The translations under genes were made by a program, and so were the position numbers. From a virus (taxonomy: Duplodnaviria; Caudoviricetes), in the IMG/VR virus record IMGVR_UViG_3300020016_000006, positions 3,433 through 67,432 of that record: 64,000 bases of DNA. One strand, given 5' to 3'. Numbering within the stretch: position 1 is the first letter of the stretch; each line of letters opens with the position of its first letter. The notes beneath the pieces are model-generated. The model was not told the origin of the DNA and ran no database searches. It saw only the letters and a list, made by a program, of their open reading frames with translations. This document shows, piece by piece, positions 8,380-15,590 of the stretch.

Positions 8380-8534
8380 AGTCTCGTCGCTCCGCGAAAT
8401 TCGGAAGCCTCCCCCGCGAGGGAAGTAGCCGAGCGACCCGATAGCCGAGCGGGCGCGGTCCCGAGCTAGGCGAACGAAAAACCGAACCCTCCGAGACGGG
8501 CCGCTCCCGTCTCGGTTAACTCCGAGGAGGCTAT

Positions 8535-9011
8535 ACGAAAAACCGAAAGAACCGCGCGACCCGCGCCCCCGAGACGCCCGAGGCTCCCGAGGCCGTAGCT
8601 CCCGAGACGCCCGAGGTTCCGACCGTAACCGTCGCTCCGTACTCGAAAGCGACCCCCGCCCGTAAGGACGGAAAAACCGGACCCGACCCGAAGGCGCTCC
8701 GCGAGGGTCGGATTAACCCCCTCCGCGAGGGTAAGGTTTTCGCGGCGATCCGGGCGGGCGAAGGCTCGACCGTCGCGGAGTTAGTCGCCGCTACCGGACT
8801 CCGAGACGTAACCGTTCGCTATTTCGGAATTTCCGGCGGCGAGGCGGGGATTCTCGACGCTATCCGAATCGGTAGCGAGTACCGGTTCGTCGTTTCCGAA
8901 ACGGACGCGCTAGCGAGCGCGAAGGGTAAGGCCGTAAGGACGGCCGTAATCGCCCTCCGAGACGCGGCGACCGCGACCCCCGCTCCGAGTACCCCCGAGG
9001 CGGCGAAGTAG
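8535..9011 (+). CDS. winged-HTH-like protein, TG/CA-free copy, ACG start (not in ORF track)
   Basis: GAGGAGG-CTAT-ACG; 158 codons to TAG; 100/114 aa identical to the 7484-7918 product; no M, W, C, Q or H. Confidence 0.9.
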   Translation, partial: TKNRKNRATRAPETPEAPEAVAPETPEVPTVTVAPYSKATPARKDGKTGPDPKALREGRINPLREGKVFAAIRAGEGSTVAELVAATGLRDVTVRYFGISGGEAGILDAIRIGSEYRFVVSETDALASAKGKAVRTAVIALRDAATATPAPSTPEAAK

Positions 9012-9018
9012 CTCCTAC

Positions 9019-9045
9019 GGGCCGCTAGGGCGATCCTAGCGGCCC
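9019..9045 (+). other. intercistronic hairpin GGGCCGCTAGG-GCGAT-CCTAGCGGCCC
   Basis: Perfect 11-bp stem between the two island ORFs. Confidence 0.7.
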
Positions 9046-9073
9046 TCCCGCTCCCCTTAGCTTAGGAGGCTAT

Positions 9074-9229
9074 ACGCGCTACCCCTATCTCGGACTTCCG
9101 GCCGCTCCGAGCGTCCGCGAGTCTCTAGAGCGGGCGGCGGAGATTATCGCCCGCCGGATCGTTTCGGAAATTCGATTCGTCCCCGTCGCCCGCGACCTCC
9201 CGCCCTACTCGGGCGAGGACGGTTCGTAA
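9074..9229 (+). CDS. 51-aa hypothetical protein, ACG start (not in ORF track)
   Basis: Same GGAGGCTATACG context as 8535; RYPYLGLPAAPSVRESLERAAEIIARRIVSEIRFVPVARDLPPYSGEDGS then TAA. Confidence 0.75.
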   Translation, partial: TRYPYLGLPAAPSVRESLERAAEIIARRIVSEIRFVPVARDLPPYSGEDGS

Positions 9230-9239
9230 AAACCGAAGG

Positions 9240-9268
9240 GGGGTAGCCGAAACGGCTACCCCTTTTTT
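9240..9268 (+). terminator. intrinsic terminator GGGGTAGCC-GAAA-CGGCTACCCC-T6
   Basis: GC stem with U-tract closing the island. Confidence 0.9.
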
Positions 9269-9354
9269 ACGGGCGGGGAGGGTGCCCCCTCCCACATGCA
9301 GGATGAAATCTGAAACATTTCAGCCATGAACTTTTCATTGATCACCTATGAGTC

Positions 9355-9383
9355 TTTTGTTTTCCCCGAGTGTTCTATAGCTT
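9355..9383 (+). promoter_or_regulatory. candidate promoter TTTTGT-N17-TAGCTT
   Basis: 17-bp spacer, -10 identical to other phage promoters; upstream of ATG 9393. Confidence 0.5.
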
Positions 9384-9392
9384 TATTTTATT

Positions 9393-9551
9393 ATGATCCG
9401 ATACAAAATTTGGTTTGAGCCGAGTGATGACAGTATAATGATGGGCACCACCCCAAGCCAACGAGCCACGGTGCTTCAAGAGTTTATCGCATATACATGG
9501 GAAGAAGCCTTACGCACCTTTGCTCGTTGGAGATCCATACGATTAATCTGA
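9393..9551 (+). CDS. hypothetical protein (52 aa, possibly near-leaderless)
   Basis: MIRYKIWFEPSDD...; ATG about 10 nt after the -10. Confidence 0.5.
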   Translation: MIRYKIWFEPSDDSIMMGTTPSQRATVLQEFIAYTWEEALRTFARWRSIRLI

Positions 9552-9851
9552 GCAGGTTGCGATTAGACGGGCGTGAGATTGCGGTGTGCCACCCCAACAC
9601 GGCCCATGAGATCACGAACAACCCAGAAGTGTTCGATGAACTTATGAGGACACTGCAATGCCACGAGGATGTAACTGTCCGCTTGAAGCCATCCTAGCGC
9701 GTTTGCTCCTGAGGATGACGGATAGGATGCGAGGATGGCAGATCGCTCGGCGCACTGGCCGGCGTAATGATACATTAACAATCATTGACAGGTGTGACAT
9801 TTGCAACCAGCAGTACACTTTAACCTTCACCCCCGACAGGAGACATCCAGA

Positions 9852-10013
9852 ATGAAATACCTCATCATCGCCATCCTACTGCTGCTCCCCGCTACGGGTT
9901 GCTCCGCTCCAACTGAGCCAGGCATCAGCAACTTTAATCCCCCACACAGTATCCAAGCCCTCAATCGGCATAAGCCACCCCCACCCCCACCCGACCCATG
10001 GGAGATAAGGTGA
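9852..10013 (+). CDS. small lipoprotein-like protein
   Basis: MKYLIIAILLLLPATGC signal with lipobox; Pro-rich tail. Confidence 0.6.
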   Translation: MKYLIIAILLLLPATGCSAPTEPGISNFNPPHSIQALNRHKPPPPPPDPWEIR

Positions 10014-10357
10014 ACCGACGCCAGGCGCTCAAACCCCTGCTCCTTCTCCCAGCTGTGGCGATTAGCTGTGAGGAACTACAACCCACCACTTCACAAGCAC
10101 TTGTGCCCTTTAAGTTGAATGCTGAGGGGGTGGGGTTTGCCCGAGACCGGAATGGAGACGTTCACCCAATCCACAATCCCCTTCTTGTACACCAAGTGGG
10201 CGATATTCGTCTTGATGGCCGGAAGCGGGAATATGTTCAAGAATTCAATACAGAAAAGGGTTGGATCCGGCAGGGGCTAGATAAGGATGATTTCTCCAAA
10301 TCGGGGCTTCATGAAGTGGTTTCCTACGGCAAAGTCACGGTGGAGTGGAGATCATGA
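10010..10357 (+). CDS. hypothetical protein with Tat/lipoprotein-like signal
   Basis: GTG start; NRRQALKPLLLLPAVAISC. Confidence 0.65.
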   Translation: MNRRQALKPLLLLPAVAISCEELQPTTSQALVPFKLNAEGVGFARDRNGDVHPIHNPLLVHQVGDIRLDGRKREYVQEFNTEKGWIRQGLDKDDFSKSGLHEVVSYGKVTVEWRS

Positions 10358-10647
10358 AAGAGAATGATGAGACGTACTACATGCTCCATACTGTCAACCG
10401 ACTGATCTTTGAGATTGATACATCAGAAGGCGACCGCATCTGCACCCTGCTCGACAAGCTCTCTGATAACATAATTTTGCCGGGAGATTCGGTTCCAGAT
10501 CCAATGTTTATCAATTTCACTGATCGCGCTGGATCAGATATTCGTGTTCGTGCCGCGCATATTGAGGCATTGTTTACCTCCAGCCCTGCCTCTCGTGCAC
10601 ATGACAAAATGGTTGAAGAGAGGGACAAAGACTGGTCTAGTCCGTGA
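10354..10647 (+). CDS. hypothetical protein
   Basis: GGAG RBS, ATGA overlap. Confidence 0.7.
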   Translation: MKENDETYYMLHTVNRLIFEIDTSEGDRICTLLDKLSDNIILPGDSVPDPMFINFTDRAGSDIRVRAAHIEALFTSSPASRAHDKMVEERDKDWSSP

Positions 10648-10838
10648 GTACACGAATTATTGGTTTCACCCTGATTGATATGACGTCAGATCCAGCCTTC
10701 CCTCGCGGTCACGTAGTTGTTTCAAGACCAACACGTGACCGCGAATGGTGGGATTTGGCGCTCACCGATGAAATGCCTATCACGTGTGTTCCTGCCGCTG
10801 TCGAAATGGCCATCGATTTGGAGAAGCGTGGGGGCTAG
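10644..10838 (+). CDS. hypothetical protein
   Basis: GTGA overlap. Confidence 0.6.
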   Translation: MSTRIIGFTLIDMTSDPAFPRGHVVVSRPTRDREWWDLALTDEMPITCVPAAVEMAIDLEKRGG

Positions 10839-10864
10839 CGCAAACCGTAGCTCCATCCTATCTT
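10835..10864 (+). promoter_or_regulatory. putative late promoter CTAGCGC-N17-TATCTT
   Basis: Matches the consensus also at 18924, 33841 and 37170. Confidence 0.65.
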
Positions 10865-10917
10865 TGCCCTTACGCGCGTTTCCATCATAGTTGAACCAAT
10901 TACTGGGGGTGTTGGCC

Positions 10918-11415
10918 ATGACGACCACGCTTTCTGGATCACTGGGCTTGTCGCTCGGCGCAAGTTACAAGGATGTTGGTGATCGAGTCACAAGCAAGGC
11001 GGATCTGAATACCACATACACCGACACCCTCACAAATGGAACCGCATCTGGACAATGCAACCGCCACTACTCTGCCCGCCTCACTGTTCCTGCCGCAAGC
11101 AACGTTGAGATTGACCTCGCATCACTGACGGATGTGAACGGTGCTGCACTCACCTTCGTGAAGGTCAAGCACCTTATCGTCAAGGCGATCACAGCCAATG
11201 CGAACAAGGTGACTGTGGGTGGTGGTGCATCAAATCCGTTTACTGCACCGCTCGGTGGGACCACACCCACGTTTGATGTCTTCCCTGATGACTCCATCAA
11301 GCTTAGTAACAAGCTGGCTGGATGGACGGTTGATGGCACTCACAAGACAGTGAAGTTTGCCAGTGCGGGTGCACAGTGCTTCGTGGACGTGGACATCTTC
11401 GGTACTGACGCGTGA
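10918..11415 (+). CDS. putative virion beta-sandwich protein
   Basis: Thr/Gly/Val-rich, beta-strand pattern, follows late promoter. Confidence 0.6.
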   Translation: MTTTLSGSLGLSLGASYKDVGDRVTSKADLNTTYTDTLTNGTASGQCNRHYSARLTVPAASNVEIDLASLTDVNGAALTFVKVKHLIVKAITANANKVTVGGGASNPFTAPLGGTTPTFDVFPDDSIKLSNKLAGWTVDGTHKTVKFASAGAQCFVDVDIFGTDA

Positions 11416-11582
11416 CCATTCTAGGATTGCTCGTCGTATTGCTGATCCTCGGACTCCTGTTCTATCTGGTCAGATACATTCCAGATGCTACAGGACAGAC
11501 GGTGGCCAGGATCATCATCGTGGTTATAGCAATCGTTTGGCTTGCCAAGAGTCTCGGGGCAGAGAACATTCGTCTCTGGTAA
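11412..11582 (+). CDS. small 2-TM membrane protein (not in ORF track)
   Basis: GTG; TILGLLVVLLILGLLFYLVRYIP..ARIIIVVIAIVWLAKSLG, resembles Thivi_2564-type proteins. Confidence 0.65.
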   Translation: MTILGLLVVLLILGLLFYLVRYIPDATGQTVARIIIVVIAIVWLAKSLGAENIRLW

Positions 11583-11598
11583 CAAGAAGGGAGACAGC

Positions 11599-11916
11599 GT
11601 GGCTTTCATCAAGTTGGCTCGCGCTGTCTCCCAGTACGCCGGCCATCCAATTGCTTCTGCACTTGCATTTTCGTTCATCGTAGGGTGGGCCATGATGGGC
11701 CCGAAGTTTGACTACTCGGAACAGTGGCAATTGATCGTTAACACGACAACGACAATTATCACGTTCCTGATGGTCTTTCTGATTCAAAGTTCACAGAATC
11801 ATGATACTGAAGCCATTCATGCCAAACTCGATGAACTGATCCGATCCTCAGATGCTCGGAATGAGCTGATGGGAATTGAAAGGGACGAAGATCATGGCAA
11901 CAGTCGCACGTCTTGA
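11599..11916 (+). CDS. low-affinity iron permease (Fet4-like) family protein
   Basis: GP.F.YSEQWQLIVNTTTTIITFLMVFLIQSSQNHDTEAIHAKLDELIR family signature. Confidence 0.85.
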   Translation: MAFIKLARAVSQYAGHPIASALAFSFIVGWAMMGPKFDYSEQWQLIVNTTTTIITFLMVFLIQSSQNHDTEAIHAKLDELIRSSDARNELMGIERDEDHGNSRTS

Positions 11917-12241
11917 CTTTGAAGTTGTCCATGGAGACACCTTCAGAAAAACATTGACGTTTGAACAACCAGCTGGTGTGCCACTTGATCTGACGGACTA
12001 TACCCTTCTTGCACAGATCAAGTTATATGCAGGTGATCTTGACACCCCGCAAGCTGAATTTGAAATTCTTGATGGCTCAGCAGTAAACAAAAAAATTCTT
12101 CGGCTGAGTGCAGAAATAGTTGCCACGCTCAAGGCAAGAAATTATTGGTGGGACTTCCAATGGATTCCTCCAAGTGGTGATACAGAAACCAAACTCCAAG
12201 GCATCTTTGATGTATTGCCTCAGGCTTCGGTGCCGACATGA
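11894..12241 (+). CDS. BppU-like fibre adaptor/baseplate domain protein
   Basis: GDTFRKTLTF...PLDLTDYT...YWWDFQ...G.F.VLP pattern. Confidence 0.65.
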   Translation: MATVARLDFEVVHGDTFRKTLTFEQPAGVPLDLTDYTLLAQIKLYAGDLDTPQAEFEILDGSAVNKKILRLSAEIVATLKARNYWWDFQWIPPSGDTETKLQGIFDVLPQASVPT

Positions 12242-14640
12242 GCGATGAAATTCTCGTTGTCGTTCACGATGATGATGATTCAATAACAGTTATTGTCTCG
12301 TCCACTGGTGAACGAGGAACGCCTGGCGTCGGATTGCCGGCTGGGGGAGTCGCAGGTGACCTTGCCTTCAAGCAGTCTAGTACTGATTATGATACTGTAT
12401 GGCGTCAAGCCGAGACAGCAGACATCTCGGGTCTTGACGCCGCGCTTGCGGCCATTGCCGATGACGTGGCGGATGCGCAGACTGATATTGTCGCGGAGAT
12501 AGCTGCCAGAGCGGCTGCTGATACGACTCTTCAGAACAATATTAATGCTGAAGCGTCAACTCGTGCTACTGCTGATACAACTGAGGCTTCAACACGAGCG
12601 GCTGCAGATACCACCCTTCAGACAAATATTACTGCCGAAGCAGCTACAAGAGCATCGGCAGATACAACACTTCAGGGAAACATAACCACCGAAGCATCAG
12701 CCCGAGCGGCCGCGGATGCGTTGCTTATTCCACTGACACAGAAGGGTGCTGCTAGCGGAGTAGCTGATCTTGATGGAACAGGAAAGGTTCCTATTGCTCA
12801 GCTTCCAGCGACGGTCCTCGGCGCGGTATCGTATCAGGGGACATGGAATGCCAACACGAATAGTCCTACCATCCCCGCCGCCTCCAGTAGCAATAAAGGA
12901 TGGTACTATCGAGTATCAGTTGCTGGATCAACAAGCATCGACGGCATTACCGACTGGAAACTCAATGACTGGATTATCTCGAATGGATCTGCATGGGAGA
13001 AGGTAGACAACACAGATCAGGTAACATCGGTCTTTGGTCGGCAAGGGGCAGTTGTCGCCGCACCAGGAGATTATGCCCTTGCAGATATTACTGGACTACA
13101 GGCTGCGCTTGATCTTAAGGCCACCATCGTTGCACTTCTTGCTGAAGAGACAGCACGGATCGCTGATGTTGACGCGGAGGAGTCAGCACGGATCGCGGCT
13201 GTAAGTTCTGAAGCATCCACGCGTGGCTCGGCCGATACAGCCCAGGTTGGACGCCTTGACGCGATTGAAGCGAACAATTGGGTAACAACCGCTCGAATTG
13301 CTGCTGGCCAGGTGACGAATGCCAAGCTAGCAGATATGGTTGAAGCGACGATGAAGGGACGCGCTGCCGGCGCCGGGACAGGCGCTCCTACTGATCTTAC
13401 GGCTTCCCAGATTCGGACACTTCAGGGCCTTGGCGCACTGGCACTATTGGCAACTGTAGGTGCATCACAGATTGATGATGCGGCGGTTAGTAATGCCAAG
13501 CTAGCCAACATGGTCGCGGCATCCTTTAAGGGCCGGCAGCTTGGGGGCGGTACTGGCGTGCCTGAGGACTTAACTGCCGCTCAGCTACGGACTGCCGCTG
13601 GGTTGGTTATTGGAACTGATGTACAGGCATTTCATGCCCTTCTGTTAGCACTGGCCGGACTAGACACCACTAGTGGGTCAGTACCGACTGTTCAAGCAGT
13701 GGGCACTCCGCTGGCAACGCAGACAGGTGGCGCAATCGTCTGGCCGGCGCACCAGCCAGGCGACGTGGCCCTGCTGTTCATTGCCCATAGTAATGATGAC
13801 ACAACCTCATTTACTGATGCTGCTGGGTTCCAGGCGCTCCCAGACTCACCACAAGCCACCGGCGGCACAGGTGGGGTCAATAACGAATCAAAGGGTGCGT
13901 TCTACTGGCACCGAGCTACGTCCAGCGCTATGGCCAACCCGGTTATTGCAGACACCGGGAACCATCAGTTTGCCGTCATCATTACCATTCGTGGCTGTGT
14001 ACCGACGGGGAATCCGTGGGATGTGACTTCTGGGGATGCGACGGCGTTGGGGGTTCAGTCTACCTCAGTATCAATCCCTGGCGATACCACAACCGGGGCT
14101 AACCGTCTTGTCGTTGTTGCAGTGGTTCATGGCCGTGATATTCTTGGCGCTCAGGTATCGGCATGGGCCAATACCGATCTGAGTGGGCTGGTTGAACTCT
14201 TTGACGACTCCACTGATTTGGGACATGGGGCCGGGATAGGTGTTGCCGCCGGGACGAAGACTGCAGCTGGAGCCTACGGGGCAACCACTGCCACTCTAGC
14301 GAATCAATCCGGTCAGGCACGTTTCTCTATCGCCCTAAAGCCAAGTCCAAGCTCGCTCATCTATGCGAGCGATGTGAATGTATTATCACTCGCCGCCTTG
14401 TCCGCAGCTGCAAGATCACTACTGGATGATGCTGACTACGCGACCATGCGGGCCACATTAGGTCTTGTGATTGGGACGAACGTTCAAGCATACAGCGCGG
14501 TGCTGGCGGCTATAGCAGCCTTCACTGGGATAGCGGATGGTACCTATTTGAAGCGCAGCGGTAGTAGCATTGTGGGTGATACTCCTTCTGGTGGCGGTGG
14601 TCAGACTTGGGCACGATCCTTTATGATGATGAGGACATAA
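12238..14640 (+). CDS. tail/side fibre protein (800 aa)
   Basis: Heptad EA.TRA.ADTTLQ repeats, QVTSVFGRQGAV, NAKLA.M and GLVIGT.VQA repeats. Confidence 0.8.
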   Translation: MSDEILVVVHDDDDSITVIVSSTGERGTPGVGLPAGGVAGDLAFKQSSTDYDTVWRQAETADISGLDAALAAIADDVADAQTDIVAEIAARAAADTTLQNNINAEASTRATADTTEASTRAAADTTLQTNITAEAATRASADTTLQGNITTEASARAAADALLIPLTQKGAASGVADLDGTGKVPIAQLPATVLGAVSYQGTWNANTNSPTIPAASSSNKGWYYRVSVAGSTSIDGITDWKLNDWIISNGSAWEKVDNTDQVTSVFGRQGAVVAAPGDYALADITGLQAALDLKATIVALLAEETARIADVDAEESARIAAVSSEASTRGSADTAQVGRLDAIEANNWVTTARIAAGQVTNAKLADMVEATMKGRAAGAGTGAPTDLTASQIRTLQGLGALALLATVGASQIDDAAVSNAKLANMVAASFKGRQLGGGTGVPEDLTAAQLRTAAGLVIGTDVQAFHALLLALAGLDTTSGSVPTVQAVGTPLATQTGGAIVWPAHQPGDVALLFIAHSNDDTTSFTDAAGFQALPDSPQATGGTGGVNNESKGAFYWHRATSSAMANPVIADTGNHQFAVIITIRGCVPTGNPWDVTSGDATALGVQSTSVSIPGDTTTGANRLVVVAVVHGRDILGAQVSAWANTDLSGLVELFDDSTDLGHGAGIGVAAGTKTAAGAYGATTATLANQSGQARFSIALKPSPSSLIYASDVNVLSLAALSAAARSLLDDADYATMRATLGLVIGTNVQAYSAVLAAIAAFTGIADGTYLKRSGSSIVGDTPSGGGGQTWARSFMMMRT

Positions 14641-14643
14641 CCA

Positions 14644-14970
14644 ATGGCAGAAGCAAATAAGGTTCTTGCACAAGTCAAGCCTGCAGCCGCGACACAGACA
14701 ACACTCTATACTGTCCCAGGAGGTGGGGTGTTGTCTGCAGTAGGGCACTTGACTATTTGTAATCAGGGGGCGGCAACAACATTTCGTGTTCGCATCAATA
14801 TCGCAGGGGCTGGTGATGATGATAAGCAATATCTGTTTTACGACACCCCCATCGGGGCTGGTGAAAGTATTCCATGTGGTCCAATTGTAATGGCGACAAC
14901 TGACGTTATGAAAGTCTATGCCACATTGGCGACAGTTAACTTTGTATTGCAGGGAACCGAGGTTAGCTAA
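14644..14970 (+). CDS. fibre-associated virion protein
   Basis: TTLYTVP...ICNQ...YLFYDTPI pattern; coupled to fibre gene. Confidence 0.6.
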   Translation: MAEANKVLAQVKPAAATQTTLYTVPGGGVLSAVGHLTICNQGAATTFRVRINIAGAGDDDKQYLFYDTPIGAGESIPCGPIVMATTDVMKVYATLATVNFVLQGTEVS

Positions 14971-15590
14971 TGCCACTGAAACGCCCCTACTATCGTGATC
15001 CACTTCGAGCCTCTGTTCTATTACAGGTTCAGCGTGGATCACGGGTTGGATCTATCTTGGGTGATGATGGGCCTGTGCAGCGGGTGATGAACAATCCACT
15101 GCGGTACGCTGATGCAAATGATTGGAACTTTGCTGGTGATTTTACTATTGAACTCGCGGAAGTAACCTACCCCAGCACCCCATCTGCCCGAGCCGGTTTG
15201 TTCGGCCACTATCTTGCAACGGGCAACCTTCGGTCATGGACTGCTTTCTACGACAATACCCAGGGTGGACTAAACGCTACTGTTTCGACTAACGGCACAG
15301 CCAATTTGGCTCTCGTTGCTGATGTATGGGCGCCGACAGCAGGACAAAAATATTACATCACCCTTGAACGCTCTGGTACAACAGTACGACTATATCGTGA
15401 TGGTGCTATTATTGATAGCGGCACCCTTTCTGGTGCTTTGTTTAACGCGACTGATCATATGTATGTAGGCGCTTACAACGACAGCGGTACTATAAGAATC
15501 CACACCGGCACTATCGGTGGGTGTCGTATTACCACTGCTGCGCGGTTTGCCGGAGCCCATGCGCTTCCGCCATTTCCCTGGCCTGCATAG
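14970..15590 (+). CDS. LamG/concanavalin-A-like domain protein
   Basis: DFTIE...YYITLERSGTTVRLYRDG..IGGCRIT. Confidence 0.8.
   Translation: MPLKRPYYRDPLRASVLLQVQRGSRVGSILGDDGPVQRVMNNPLRYADANDWNFAGDFTIELAEVTYPSTPSARAGLFGHYLATGNLRSWTAFYDNTQGGLNATVSTNGTANLALVADVWAPTAGQKYYITLERSGTTVRLYRDGAIIDSGTLSGALFNATDHMYVGAYNDSGTIRIHTGTIGGCRITTAARFAGAHALPPFPWPA

Larger units (their letters stand above)
8321..9283 (+). other. TG/CA-dinucleotide-free island forming a complete transcription unit
   Basis: Manual block-by-block scan: last CA at 8320-8321, next TG at 9283-9284, none between. Confidence 0.95.

Noticed and set aside
7484-9011. Diversity-generating retroelement template/variable pair
   Set aside because: No reverse transcriptase in the window; differences are not confined to adenines, are mostly synonymous or conservative, and both copies have their own promoter and terminator.
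8321-9283. Passive CpG-island effect (escape from methyl-C deamination)
   Set aside because: That would lower TG/CA but not abolish it, and would not explain W>F, Q>A, M>L or the ACG starts; no cytosine methyltransferase recognised.
8321-9283. Avoidance of a sequence-specific RNase toxin (for example ACA cleavage)
   Set aside because: RNA-level selection would remove a motif on the transcribed strand only and not in the promoter; here both CA and TG are missing throughout, including untranscribed DNA. Not formally excluded for two RNases acting together.
8321-9283. Assembly or sequencing artefact, or non-coding filler
   Set aside because: It holds an intact 158-codon frame conserved with a neighbouring paralog, matching promoter repeats and a textbook terminator.
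12480-12720. DNA-level tandem repeat array in the fibre gene
   Set aside because: Explained by protein heptad repeats (EA.TRA.ADTTLQ) with diverged codons.
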